From NCBI GenBank assembly GCA_963814585.1, contig CAWFDF010000012.1, positions 32,001-96,000 of the forward strand: a stretch of DNA of 64,000 nucleotides. Reading direction: 5' to 3'. A program made the translations under genes and the position numbers. The notes below the pieces were generated by a model. The model ran no database searches. It was not told the origin of the DNA and saw only the letters and a program-made list of their open reading frames with translations. The DNA comes from an uncultured delta proteobacterium. GTDB lineage: Bacteria; Myxococcota; Myxococcia; Myxococcales; Anaeromyxobacteraceae. This document shows, in pieces, positions 19,401 to 27,688 of this stretch (positions within the stretch are counted from its first letter, which is position 1; each line of letters opens with the position of its first letter).

Positions 19401-19756
19401 GCCAGGGCCCGCCGCTCCAGCACCTCGGCCAGCGCGGCCCAGTCCTGGCGCGCCTCGGCCAGCTCGGAGAGTGCCTGGAGCGCCAGCGGGCTGACCGGAT
19501 CGCTGGCCAGCAGCGCGCGGTAGAGCTCCTCGGCCCGCACCGGGTTGGCGGCGTCGCGGCGCGCCACCTCGGCGGCCTGCGCCAGCAGCCTCGCCGCCTC
19601 GGCGGCCGGCACCACCCGGGAGCGCGCCTCCAGCAACGAGGCCAGCTCCTCGAAGCGGCCGCTCGTCCGGTAGGCCGACTCGAGCGCCTGGAAGGCCTCG
19701 GCGTCGCCGGGGGCGGCTTCGAGGGTCTCCAGGTGAGCCCGGATGAGGTGATCCAT
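7463..19756 (-). CDS. gltI: giant TPR protein GltI (AgmK), 4097 aa
   Basis: Continuous TPR/helical repeats (e.g. AYELDATYLPALEGLG); lies between a CglE-like gene and gltJ. Confidence 0.85.
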   Translation of the reverse strand: MDHLIRAHLETLEAAPGDAEAFQALESAYRTSGRFEELASLLEARSRVVPAAEAARLLAQAAEVARRDAANPVRAEELYRALLASDPVSPLALQALSELAEARQDWAALAEVLERRALATAAPAEGARLALRLGRLHEEQLGRRDRAVLRYAGAVRLDPSLVEARARGLDACLALRRYGQAKRLLDGAREADAEPKALARDYARLGATLADHALFHDIAMDALIEAQTLDRAVPGAAEARERLAAVPRRWRDEEADLEARAATAPRKEAAELLLRAAQLQAAYAPDGHGPAVALLERAWAQVPGQPAVLELLERVLEERKDFGGQAAALERLVSTTRDRGGLVQLHLTAARLKLIRLGDAPGALASLLKALELDPACETAALQSFEQLADAGRFADALLVLERHLEATPERAGHALLRVRAAELARTRLEDSERAVRHLEAALRADPGNAPAAAALVPLLTERGEWPRLAEVLALRVASEPDAAERVRLQERLAAVELEQLERPGDAFRTLSRALALDPRRGSVRIALEETARRAGLLPALCRALRSAAQAVAGDPAVRRALLRRAGEVLDRDLGQPEAAAVAWRELAALDPSDREAAGALAECEARARQQGEELVRLEAAHAQALGPAKRASGYALARALSGAGRGTAAAEIWRELLAASTDDQEALWGLHAALEETPGAVAAEERTQVLAHLATLVRGAPERAELELERAAILVEPLGRHGEAAGVVTALLSAGGVTTSQQQQAVALLERLLARGLDPLRIARVLAPIHAARGEHAKQVAMLELVARRLPADADPRERARHLLDASVIRAERLGDARGALTVAAEALRAAPGHTEARKRCELLAHRVGAQGELYALLDEAARRLDGRPDEEAVLRRRAAAVAEEELGASDAAADQLRRCLELRPGDPEVLARLTRVCLVAERWSEAAELLAERARAAAGPERSVLLAQQAEVLQERLHRAPAAVELYREALELAAPASRPRLLSQLAAALAAAGDPAGQAQALNELAACTDDPAEAARASMESARLAAGLGDQAGAVTRLAAVLGANPSDAAATGALEQALADPEPRVVVAAARALHEAYAARADVAGRLRALAALARVHPEAEARAAAWHEVAAIQERSGAMPAEALGAAVEAVRARPGDPELRRELRRLADLDRDPEVAARIMDDAALALGGPERAVVLRELADWCERRLEARDRAALAWERLLAVAPGDPGALAALRRLYRITEQWPRLLEVCEAIATQAASPTARQDPLREIAALAEARLGDLPRAAEAWRQVASLAPEDRDVAAALDRILTSLDRPADLAAALEARLDAGFDPEAAFRLAELRRTRLEDPAGALALHAELARREPARPGPREALVLLAALPGAVGREALGVADVVLRAAGDHPRRVAIREARLAGVDEPVERGRLHAEVRAILEHDLGDGQAARLAARRAFAEGGPGRADAEADLRRLAEAGGALGELADAYRDAAGAGGDEALEWLRKAARVRDAELGDGPGAIAAWKAVLEAQPEDGEALEALERCYSEVTAFQEQLEMALRRAALATGDARVPALRHAADIGRQAGDAEAEISSLAEARLEAPQDEEVLAALEDALARAGRDSTRVEVLHAMAELAGERDPAERLAILSRRAEVLERDPDPHRAIDAYTAVLAESPRDPIAVAGLERLLQRPDARAQAQRILEDVQRLAGDPARLAMLLEIRLEAAPAAHRPALLAEIAGLRERGGDRGAAFATRLRVFEESVAGGADDPAARADLERLASDTTAWEAVARTYQAALPRVPAPAALELRRRLATICGERLGALDRAVAWWDEVAAADPGPEPLSALVRLRRRQGAKRELVATLVRLAEATPGLDARKDLLFEVAKIMDEQLADREGAIEAYRKILAIDPEDPGALRLLGRLLGVAERWEELAAVMEREAAAAARHPDTTAEAAELRYRLGRIRQTRLSDAAGALAAYRLVLERAPRHPGTLGALQELARTSGPAALDAATLLEPIYAAENEHARLIEVLEARVQNEADPSARSGLLRRISALYGTQVRNGELAFAAAGRALTADPDSIEAIHLAVGYGQQIGCGEQVQQLLADNADRAHEVAARVEYQRQLARLEPDPVRAAEAWQRLLELAPEDREASAGLLDTLRGGTNAEALEKALRRALALAERPEARASLLADLAVLQEERLGDPAGAAATLKRLLELAPGNREAMARLDRLHVAGERWVELGDLLARELAAARQAGDGQAVRVLGQRLGELKETRLLDREGALALYEEVLASRPDAPETLARLAAMLEKDPGNARAAQALETAYAAAGDHRQQAAALETRASSRPDRQERKALWMQLADLRTGPLAEPELAFVALSRAFRDDPADDALRARIEALAARTGQYEELAALYEDEIDKLPPAPMAAAALVLGRLHEEQLDGPPQAAQWYQRAWSLDPTTSRVALPALERLHQRLEDWPALAGVLQALALEAIGGDRVPYLYRLGRLCEERLAAPDQAARAYEQALAVDPRHLPSLQALEQLYEAAGRKAELFDNLAAQRAVVNDGATRERLLARQATLATELGRPEEAVELWRAVLALRARHEEALAALEQLLQQLERWSELAAHLRVCIGATVDRREVTRLNDKLGWLMGVKLGDPAQAIQSYKAVLASDSSNKRALESLRDIYAAQGDLEGLAGTLRQLIPRQEEPAGVKRIRLELAEVLVRAGQKLAAVEQAKLAFGIEPHGIEELVRIEEVFRTAGAAADGIRAAEARAAALAQSGGPAEAIPAWLAVAELWAVQKRPDAAASALEKVLALDAGNRPAFLQLRDLHAAAGNWRAYADLCLLFAPHADPEERLALLKEVAVLREQRLGEKHMASLAWNRVLGEAPGDEQALSECWRLAHEGKDQDTLAVVIEDAADKARGMVRARLLLKLGQLLDAPPLDDAEGAENAIRRALEADPANPEVLDALADFFKRRGRIQELVITIEQKLESAAGLDEKKGLLLEVSRLYDGVLHDVDEAVTALRRILELDGGDPAALEALAAIFRREHRWGELAAVLSRARDLAGDDAARLGWQLQIAGLDENEIGDDEAAVEDYRTVLGLDDRNAAALAGLERLYTKLDRFAELNRVYERQVQLSTDPAEQVRVLARSAGIFEEKMHDPARATQQNEAILRIEGGNIPAIKALERLYREQGLFDRLLTVMAHHLDLLTDRKEQVALMVSIGDVWWKEMSRVDRAEATFTRAIQLDPESRQAVAALGRLYERSGNWNLALEMLQREGRIAGASPDAVEIYVRIGAIDEDMLLDLGAAREAYGKALALDPGCLPALRAMKGIAEREGNRDGYLELLTAEARYAEDEAQRADRWTEVGRILQEERDDREGAARAYEEALKLVPGHLPAARPLSDLYVGLQRWTDAARVLESIVRSLEGGGDAKELCRQSYRQGYVAEKLGQRDQALRSYRRAYELDATYLPALEGLGNLLVAEGLFEEALRIFTAIIIHHRDQLTDLEVVETHWQIGEVAEKLQQPDRAIGSFKKALELDGGHEPSRRSLIRLLEAAGDWEGAVEQRQRLLPALEGRARFEALVAIGQACRDHLKDPYQAIDALLGASRLDPTDAPVTEALLALYRETRQGQKAADVLAQIIARPEVQADPPRAARLHVLLAEILRDEVKDEAGALAQFEKALDLNPRLPQAFAWIEQVLGRGKRWAELEQAYLRMVQRLPKSADAAPARLALWKTLGDLYRNVLKSDDGARMAYQVVSRADPEDAVAVELYADLSARTPGQEAEATQAYRQLLKLGAKPQKALGALVSLHATRKQYDRAYSAAQVLVHLAGQATPEDVAVVARLRKFARDQAARPLDDTHWGRLLHERLRGPLADVMALLALHARPMFVQSPKELGINVKKDEVDVPGSMLFLVNMFKYVARTLGVEPLRLFRRAEVPCRLQLVPTEPPGVLVAEELFSDRPKKELWFALGKALAFRRPELYMARLMPHDQLDLVFQAACSVGTSKFVVTADSHLVAKLKTELEKVLPEKVRANTLKLLARQYCEVQHPGDVRAYLDGAELTSNRVGALLAADLEIVRRGVLGEKAQVSKLRDETKLKDLSNFCISEDYAELREQLGLAAVTPA

Positions 19757-19772
19757 CCCGCCCCCGAGGGAC

Positions 19773-20411
19773 CTAGAACGTGTAGCGCACGAGCGGCGTC
19801 ACGGCGAAGCCCGGAGCCTTGGCGGAGAGCACGTACACCCCGTCGACCTGAAGGCCCACCGAGAAGTGGCGGAGCTGCGTGAAGTACTCGGCGCCGAGCC
19901 CGCCGCCGACCAGGACGTCGGTGTCGGCGAAGAGGCCGGAGGGATGGGAGACGAGGTAGCCGCCGCGGGCATGGGCGTAGAGGAAGAACCGCTGGTAGCC
20001 GTTTCGATCCCTGGAGCCGTAGAAGGCGTAGCGGAGGTCGGCGCCGGCGACGAGCAGGTCGAAGGCGCCATAGGAGGCGCTGGCCTTCAGGTTGGCCCCC
20101 TCGGCGAAGATCGCGATGGCCAGCCGCTCGGTGACGTCGTAGCCGAGGTGGAGGCCGATGACGCCGCCCTGGGCGGTGCCGCCCCCCTCGGTGGCGAAGG
20201 GGTACTTGGCGGTGTCCTGGTTGGGCGTCTCGAGCAGCGCCATCCAGCCGACCTCGAAGCCGACGAAGAGCCCGCGCTCGACGTCCTTGTACTTGGGGGC
20301 GCGCGGATCCTCCACCGGCGCCGGGGCGGCGTCCTGGGCGCGGGCGACGGCCGGCGCGGCCGCGAGCGCCAGCGCCATCACCAGGACCAAGCGGGCAGCG
20401 ATGGAGGACAC
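19773..20411 (-). CDS. gltH: outer-membrane beta-barrel gliding protein GltH (CglE)
   Basis: Signal peptide (AVARA), DVERGLFVG, GAEYFTQLRHFSVG, C-terminal RYTF barrel signal; synteny. Confidence 0.8.
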   Translation of the reverse strand: MSSIAARLVLVMALALAAAPAVARAQDAAPAPVEDPRAPKYKDVERGLFVGFEVGWMALLETPNQDTAKYPFATEGGGTAQGGVIGLHLGYDVTERLAIAIFAEGANLKASASYGAFDLLVAGADLRYAFYGSRDRNGYQRFFLYAHARGGYLVSHPSGLFADTDVLVGGGLGAEYFTQLRHFSVGLQVDGVYVLSAKAPGFAVTPLVRYTF

Positions 20412-20424
20412 GGCGGCTCCTCTC

Positions 20425-22447
20425 CTACTCCAGGCCAGAGGCCCGCAGGATCCAGGGATAGGTGATGACGGCGATGCCGCCGCCCTTGGGCTTGGGGAAC
20501 TGCCAGCTGACGATGCGGGCCATCATGCACTGGTGGACCTTGTCGTTGAGGAGGGTGGTGGAGCCCATGTCCACGCTGGCGTTGGAGGCGTTCCCCTCGG
20601 CGTCGATGACCCACTTGATGGCCACCTTGCCGGCCAGCTTGGGGTTCACCGCCAGCTGCTCCTCGTAGCAGAAGCGGATCTGCGCGGCGTGCTCCTGGAT
20701 CACCTTGCGGATCAGCTCCTTGTCGATGGAGCCCATCACCAGGGCGGTGCCGGCGGTGATCGCCACCTCGCGGTCGGTCTTGCGCCCGAGGCTGCCGACG
20801 CCCTGGCCGTACCCGCCCAGGCCGCCGCCCCGGCCCTTGGTGCCGATGCCGCCGATCCCGACCGTCTCGCCGGCGCCACCGCCGCCCGTGCCGGTGCCGC
20901 GCACGCCGAGGCCGCCGAAGCCGAGGCTGTCGCCCACGGCGTTCCCGAACATGTTGCCCACGGCGCCGCGGACGTCGCCGCCGAGGCCGCCGGACCCGAA
21001 GACGGTGGCCAGGCCCCCGCCGCCGCCGCGCCCGAGCGCGCCCAGCACGCCCATGCGCTTCACGACCTCCTTGGCGTTGGGGTCGATGGCCTTGGGGGCG
21101 GAGCGGCCGTCGGTCTTGGGCGCGTCCTTCTTGCCCATCTTGCCTTCCTCACCCTTGTGCTTCTCGGCCATCTCGCCCGACTGCTCCTCCTTCTTCGGCC
21201 CCTTCTCGCCGACCAGCTTCTCGGCCGGCTTGGGCGCCTCGGGCGGCTTGATGATGAACTTGGCCATCCGCGAGGGGTTCTTGAAGAGGTCGTCGGCGAG
21301 GATGTCGGTCTCGTACGGGAAGTTGTTCGAGGCGACGATGAAGCCCGCCTGCAGGAAGAGCAGGACCAGGAAGAGGTTGAGGAACTGGTAGTTGATGCGC
21401 TCCCACCACGGTGGCACCTCGAGCGCCTCGGGGCGGCGAGCCCGGGCCTCGACGGCGAGCCCGGCGCCCAGCTCGGCGCGGATGGCGCCGGAGCGGGGCA
21501 CCGGGACGGTGTAGCCGCCCGGCACCGTGGCGTCGGCGGTGGCCTGGTGGCCCCTCACCAGGTCGGCCAGCGTGGTGCGGGTGCCCTTCGCCTCCAGGGC
21601 GCCGGTCATGCCCCGGGCGAAGGCGAAGGTGTACTCACCACCGCCATAGCGGAGGATCGGGAACTGGGGCGTCGGCAGCTGGCTGGCCGGCACACCCAGG
21701 GCGCAGGCCGGCCCCTCGCCGATCAGCACCGGGGCCCTGGGCGCCAGGAAGGCGCCGGCGTCGATGAGGGTCTCACCCCACAACAGCCTGAGCTCGACGC
21801 CGTGGTCGCCCGAGATCTCCTCGGCCGAGGCGGCGGCGCGTGGGAGCCGCCAGCCCTTCCTGGCGGGCCGGCCGGACGTGGGCGCGGGCGCGGGTGCCGC
21901 CGAGGGCCCGGGCGCTCGCGCAGGTGCCGGGGCTGGCGCGGCGGCGACGGGCGCGGGCGCTCGCCCGGGTGCTGCGCTGGCCGGAGCCGCTGGAGCCACC
22001 GTGGCAGCAGCCGGAGCGGCGGGAGCCACCGTGGCGGCAGCCGGAGCCGGGGGAGCCACCGTGGCCGCAGCCGGAACACGGGCCGCCAGGGGGAGCTGGC
22101 GCCGCGGTGGGGACCGGGGCCGCCGGGACCGGAGCCGCGACGGCGCCACCCTCGACCACCAGGGCGATGCGGAGCCCGCCCACCGTCAGCTGGTCGCCCG
22201 CCTTGATGGGGCTGCGCGAGACCTTGCGGCCGTTGACGAACGTCCCCTCCGCGCTCCCCATGTCGATGACCGAGATGGCGCCGTCGGCGGCCACCTCGAT
22301 CACGGCGTGGATGCGCGAGACCCGGTCGTCGTCGAGCGGCAGGTGCGCCGTGGCCAGCCGGCCGATCTTGATGATGTCCCGGGTGAACTGCTCGGTGCGA
22401 AGCAGCTGATCGCCGCGAAACACCTGGAGGGTGATGGGCGTCGCCAT
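20425..22447 (-). CDS. gltG: gliding protein GltG (PglI): FHA domain, TM, TonB-C; apparent extra base at about 22090
   Basis: FHA motifs IGR..VSRIHA..DMGSAEGTFVNG in ORF 21773-22447 join (one extra C in a C5 run) to ORF 20425-22149, which has the TM, Gly-rich region and TonB-C (IRFCYE..FPKPKGGG). Confidence 0.87.
21981..22075. repeat. three 30-bp imperfect tandem repeats in the gltG linker
   Basis: Unit ccggagc(c/g)g(c/g)(t/g)ggagccaccgtggc(a/g/c)gcag x3, encoding PAAATVAPxA. Confidence 0.85.
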
Positions 22448-22452
22448 CTCGG

Positions 22453-22716
22453 CTACAGCTCCCCGGACGCCTGCATCACCTTGTCACGCCAGGTCTCGCG
22501 GATCCGGATCAGGTTCGAGTGCGAGACCTTGCGGCGGGCCTCGACGTATTCACCGTCGGGTCGCTTCAGGTCGCCGCTGATGGTGTCGTCCTCGAAGTTG
22601 ATCTCGGTCCGCTTCTCGTACGTCACGGTTGGCTTGGGCGCCGGCTTGTCCTGGGCCATCGGGGCCGAAGGCAGGGCGATCGCGGCGAGCAGCGTCGACA
22701 GGACGAGGGTGCGCAT
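22453..22716 (-). CDS. gltF: gliding protein GltF (CglF)
   Basis: Signal peptide then YEKRTEINFEDDTISGDLKRPDGEY..HSNLIRIR; position between gltE and gltG; start chosen from the GAGG SD. Confidence 0.85.
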   Translation of the reverse strand: MRTLVLSTLLAAIALPSAPMAQDKPAPKPTVTYEKRTEINFEDDTISGDLKRPDGEYVEARRKVSHSNLIRIRETWRDKVMQASGEL

Positions 22717-22774
22717 GGGCGAGGACCTCATGTTCACGCGAGCTTACCACCGGTCCGGCGCCGGGGCGAAACCG

Positions 22775-24109
22775 TCAGGGCTTCGTCTTCGGGACCGGAT
22801 TCTGGGCCGGCTTCTGGGTCGGAGGAGGTGGGACATCGCCCTTCCCGCCTCCCGGACCACCTGCCCCCACCCCAGGCTCGCCCGCCGGCGGCCGGGCCGC
22901 CTCGGCCGCCTTCCGGTCGGCGTCGGACTGCATCTGCCGGGCGGCCTCGGCGGCGGCCCGGGACTGCTCCACCTGCTCCTGGCACTCCCGGATCAGGCGG
23001 GGCACCGGGGAACCCTGCGGGAGCACCGGGCCGGCCGTCCGCTCGTACTGGTCGAACGAGCGGAGCGCCCCCTGGCAGTCCCCCTGATCGCGCATCTGCA
23101 GCACGCCGCGCGCCAGGTGGACCTCGGGGAGCTTCCCGGCCGCCAGCCGCTCGGCCGCGGCGTAGGCCGCCAGGGCCTCCTCCTGCTTGCCGTCGTGCCG
23201 GTAGGCGATGCCGAGCACCAGCTGGACCGCGGCGCTCGACGGGTCGTCGACCAGCGCCCTGGCGGCCAGCGACTCCACCTCGCCCCAGCGCTCCTCCTTC
23301 ACCGCCACCCCGAGGAGGCCCAGCCGGGCCGCCGCCATCCCGGGCTGGATCGCCAGGGCCTTCTTCCACTGCGCCGCCGCCCCGGCCTCGTCGCCCTGAC
23401 GGGCGAGCAGCTGTCCGGAGAGCCAGGCCACCGCGGCGTCGTCGGGAGCGCTCTTCTGGAGCCGCAGCGCCACCAGCCTGGCGAGGTCGAGGTCGCCGCG
23501 TGCCAGGGCCACGCGCAGCATGGTGGTGCGGGCGCCCACCGAGGCCGGGTCGCGCAGGAGCGCCTCGCGGGCGTAGTGCCAGGCCTCGTCGAGCTGGCCG
23601 GACTGCCGGTAGAGCGCGGCCAGCCGCTCTCGAGAGACCGCGTCGTCCGGGAAGTCCCGGGCCGCGGCGGCGTAGGCGGCCTGGGCGCCGCGCAGGTCGC
23701 CGGCCTTCTCGAGGAGGACGCCGAGGTTGGCGGCCGCCTGCTTGAGGGGCTTGCTCGACAGGGCCTGCTGGTACTCGGCTCGCGCCTCGGCGTCGCGGCC
23801 CTGGCGCTCCAGCGTCACCCCGAGGTTGTAGCGGCCTTCCGGCAGCTCGCCGGCGGCGAGCACGGCCCGCCAGCGCCGCTCGAGGATGGCCCAGTCGACG
23901 GCCTTGGCCTTCTCCATCTCCTCGCGGGCCTGGACCGCCTCGTCGAAGAGCCGGCGTCCCGCGACGGAGAGGGGCTCGGACGGATCGTACGGGGGAGGCG
24001 TCGGGGCGACGCGGGCCGGCTTCTCCGCCGGAGACGGGGCGACCGGCGCGCCGGCGCAGCCGGCCAGCAGCACCGCGAGGGCGGCGGAGACCCTGGAGGG
24101 CGCGGTCAC
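22775..24109 (-). CDS. gltE: TPR lipoprotein GltE (AglT)
   Basis: GTG start overlaps the gltD stop (GTGA); lipobox LAGC; TPRs (YNLGV, AANLGV). Confidence 0.85.
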   Translation of the reverse strand: MTAPSRVSAALAVLLAGCAGAPVAPSPAEKPARVAPTPPPYDPSEPLSVAGRRLFDEAVQAREEMEKAKAVDWAILERRWRAVLAAGELPEGRYNLGVTLERQGRDAEARAEYQQALSSKPLKQAAANLGVLLEKAGDLRGAQAAYAAAARDFPDDAVSRERLAALYRQSGQLDEAWHYAREALLRDPASVGARTTMLRVALARGDLDLARLVALRLQKSAPDDAAVAWLSGQLLARQGDEAGAAAQWKKALAIQPGMAAARLGLLGVAVKEERWGEVESLAARALVDDPSSAAVQLVLGIAYRHDGKQEEALAAYAAAERLAAGKLPEVHLARGVLQMRDQGDCQGALRSFDQYERTAGPVLPQGSPVPRLIRECQEQVEQSRAAAEAARQMQSDADRKAAEAARPPAGEPGVGAGGPGGGKGDVPPPPTQKPAQNPVPKTKP

Positions 24110-27100
24110 TGGAGCAGGTCCTCGTCGTCGCCCTTCCTGGGGCGCGGGAGCGGGTCGTCGGGGGCTGGCGGCGGCGGTTCCTTGCCACGCACGGCCGGCT
24201 TCGGCGTCCCCCTGGCCGGGGTGGGCTGCCTGAGCGGCGGCGCCGGTGCCGCGCTCCCGCCGCGGGCCGGGGCGGCCCCCCGCTTGACCGCGGGGGCCTG
24301 CGGCTCGAGGGCCGCCAGCAGCGGGTAGCCGGTGGGACGCTCGGCGAGCTCGACGGCGGGCAGGGCCGGCAGGGCTTCCTGGGTGGGGCCGAGCTCCGGC
24401 TTCTTCTGCATCGCCGCCAGCATGGCCCGCGAGGCGCAGTCGTTCCGGACGCCGAGCTCGCGCGCCTTGGTGGCGGCCAGCTCGAAGCCATCCTGCGCCT
24501 TGGTCTCCAGGGGCTCCGCCTGCTCGGCCAGCTGCGCCTTGTAGACCTCGACCATCTCCTTGTCCCCCTTGATCTCCTTGGGGATGGGCGCCTCGTTGAG
24601 CGCGCGGCCGAGGTGCCGGTAGAGCATGCCGATCCGCTCCAGCGAGCAGACCGCCGGCCCGGCCACCCCCAGCTTCACCACCGCGGTGTAGTCCTCCTCG
24701 AGCTTCTTGAGGCGCCCCGCCATCCGCTTCAGCTGGTACTCCAGGTCCCGCTGGGAGACGTTGAGGTTGAGCTTCTGGTACTCCGCCCAGGACGGCTCCA
24801 GGGCCCGGAACATGGCCTCGGCGGCGATGGGCAGCCCCTTGTCCTTCACCTGGTTCCGGTTCTTCTTCCAGTGGTCGAGCCCCTGCTCGTAGGCGGCGCG
24901 GGCGCCGGCGGCGTTCCCGGCCTTCTCCATCAGCCCGGCGATGCGCTGCTGCGCCGCCAGCCACTCGTCGGGGGTCCTGGCGTAGCGGCGCTGGTACTCC
25001 TCGAGCCGCTTCAGCTCCTTCTGCACGGCCCCCTGCCGCGCCGCCAGGTCGGCCAGCGAGAGCGACAGCCGCGCCGCGTCCTCCCCGTCGGGCCAGACCT
25101 CCAGGTAGGCCAGGCTGTCCGCCTCGGCCCGGGCCCAGTCGCGCAGGCCGGCGCGGAAGACCGCGGCGTTGACGATGGCGTCGAGGGCCTTCTTCTCCTC
25201 GTAGACCGGGGACGGCGCGGGCGCCGCGGGCGCGGGCGGCGGCCCTGGGGTCCTTCCTGGCCGGCGCGGGCGCGGGGGGCCTGGCCGGGGTGGCGGCGCG
25301 GGACTTCCGCCACTCGCGGAAGTACCGCTCGTAGGCGTCGGCCGCCCGCTGGAAGTCGGCGATGGCCTCGTAGCCGGAGGCGTTGTCGAAGAGGCAGCGT
25401 GGCGCCAGCGGGTCGTTGGGGAAGCGCTGCAGCAGCTGCTCGCGCACCTCCATGGACCTGTCCACGCGGCTGGCGCGGGCGTAGTCGACCGAGGCGTTGT
25501 AGAGCGCGGTCGGCGCCAGCCGGGTGGCGGGCCAGTCGCGCACGAAGGCCAGGTAGCTCTCGGCGGCGGCCTCCCACTCCCGGGCCTTCTCCTGCTCCTC
25601 GATGATCTTGAACGCGCTCTGCTCGATCACCTTGGGCAGGTCGTCCTTGAGCTTGGGGTGGGCGCCCACCAGCGCCTGGTTGGCGAAGAAGCGCCGCGCC
25701 CAGGCGTTGAGGTTCCGCCAGTCGCCCAGCTCGTTGTAGGCGTCGAGCACCAGGTTGGTGGCGTACTCCGACTCCTCCGCGCCAGGGTGGTCGAGGGCCA
25801 CCTTGGTGAAGAGGTCGATGGCCTCGGCGTAGTCGAAGTGGTCGTAGGCGAGCCTGGCGGCGCGATAGGCCGCCTTGGAGGCCAGCGGTCCGTCCGGCCG
25901 CCAGCGGACGTAGCGGCGGTAGGCCTCCGCCAGCTTGAGCCGCTGCGGGGCCATGGCCAGCCGCTTCTTGGGTCCGGCCGGTGGCGGCGGCAGCGGCGGG
26001 AGGGCCTTGACCGCCTCCTCGTGCGCGAAGAGCGAGCCCTCCAGGGCGTCGTTGAACCACTTCCCGGCCTTGGCGCCGCTCTCTCCGCTGCGGACCTGCC
26101 TGGCCTTGCCCTCCATGGCGGCCACGTCGAGCAGGACCACGCGGTCGTACTCGTCGCCGGCCGCGGCGAACCTGCCGAGGGCGTAGAGCAGCTCGGCGTG
26201 GTAGAAACGCATCTCGTAGGCCGAGGCGCTGGTGCCGAAGACCTCCAGGTAGTCGGCGTAGACGCTGATGGCGAACCCCGCCACCGCCTGGTCGTCGGTC
26301 TTCTTCCACTCGTTGTGGTAGCGCAGCGCCAGGTAGCGCAGCGTGTTCTCCGCGGTGGAGCGGGCCTCGGCGGTGAGCTTGGCGTTGGCCGGATCCTTCC
26401 CGCGGGGCGAGGCCTCGAACTCCTCGAGGACCTTCACGAAGACGTGGGCCTGCTGGACCGCGATGTCCTTCTTCCCCATCCGGCCGGCCATGGTCACGAT
26501 GCGTGACTGGAGCATGGGCGCGTCGGGCGCCACCGGATCCTGCCTGATGAGCCGGTGATAGACGAGGATGGCCTCGCGGTCCTGCCCGTCGGTCCAGTAG
26601 ATGTCACCGAGCGTGCGGATCATGTCCCGGACGCCGGCCTCGCCGCCGACGCGCCTGAAGTCCTCCCAGGCCGCCTCGGCGCTGCCCACGTGCGGCCAGG
26701 TGCGGACGTAGTCCTTGCGGGCCTCTTTCACCAGCGCCAGCTTCCGGTCGGCCGGGATCGAGGAGGTGGGCAGCTCGCCGAAGTAGACCACGGCGCGAAA
26801 GAGGTCGAGCGCGGCCGGGAAGTTGCCCAGGTTGAACTGCACCCAGCCCTGCTTGTAGAGCGCGTACCCGTAGACCGAGCTCTCCTGGTAGCTGGCGGCC
26901 TTCCGGTAGGCCTCCAGCGCCTTCTGCAGCTGCCCGGCCCGGTCCCCCTTGTTGGCCTTCTCGAAGTAGTACTCGCCGAAGGCCATCCAGGCGTCGGGGA
27001 CGTAGGGCGAGTCGGGGAAGCCCTTGATGAGCGCCCGGTAGGCCTTCATGGCGTCCTCGTCGGCCCGGTCGCGCTGCAGCAGGTTGCGGGCCAGGAAGAA

Positions 27101-27664
27101 GAGCACCTCGTCGAGCCGCTCGTACTTCGGGTACTTCTTGATGATGGCGCGGTAGAGCGCCACCGCCTGCTTCTGCAGCGCCCGGTACTGCCGCTCGTCC
27201 TCGGCCCGCTCCGCCTGGAGCCCGGGGAGCCGTGGGTCCCCCTTGGCGAGCGCGATGATCACGCCGTCCTTGCGGTTGGCCTCGAAGAAGAAGTACTGCG
27301 ACTCCTCCCAGAGCAGCTCGGCCAGCCGGAAGTAGTAGCCGGGGGCGTCCTTGTCGCCGTCGCCCGCCGAGAGCTTGATGAGCTTCTGCAGGCTGGCGAT
27401 CTCCTCGCGCCGCTTGCTGGAGAGCTTCACCTCGATGCCGGCGCGGAACTGCTCGAACGCCAGCGCCGGGCCGGCCGGCCCCTGGTCGGCCTTCCTGGCA
27501 ACCTCCAGCTTCCCCTCCAGGGCGGCGTCGGGGCCGATGCTCCGCTTCTGGCCGAGCGAGCCCCCGCCTGGATCGCCGCGCGGATCGGCGGCGGCCACCC
27601 CACCCGGAGGGAGCGCGAGGGCCAGCGCCAGGGCGCCGGCGAGGACGGCGGCAGAGCGGTGCAC
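24106..27664 (-). CDS. gltD: TPR gliding protein GltD (AgmU); apparent extra base at about 25244
   Basis: SD AGGAGGAG, signal peptide, FRLAELLWEESQYFF, TPR clusters. Removing one G in CCC AGG G CCG joins to VYEEKKALDAIVNAAVF and ORF 24106-25026. Confidence 0.85.
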
Positions 27665-27688
27665 GAGGTGGCTCCTCCTGGCGGTCGG

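Noticed and set aside
7694..19882. Very long plus-strand ORFs (1814 and 2130 aa) and alternative-frame ORFs over gltI
   Set aside because: Shadow ORFs caused by stop-codon scarcity in GC-rich DNA; low-complexity translations without motifs.
21981..22075. CRISPR-like 30-bp repeats
   Set aside because: No spacers and no cas genes; the repeats are in-frame coding sequence.
22775..27664. Apparent 1629-aa GltD-GltE fusion
   Set aside because: Produced by the frame break at about 25244; the middle part is out-of-frame nonsense, and gltE has its own start and lipobox.
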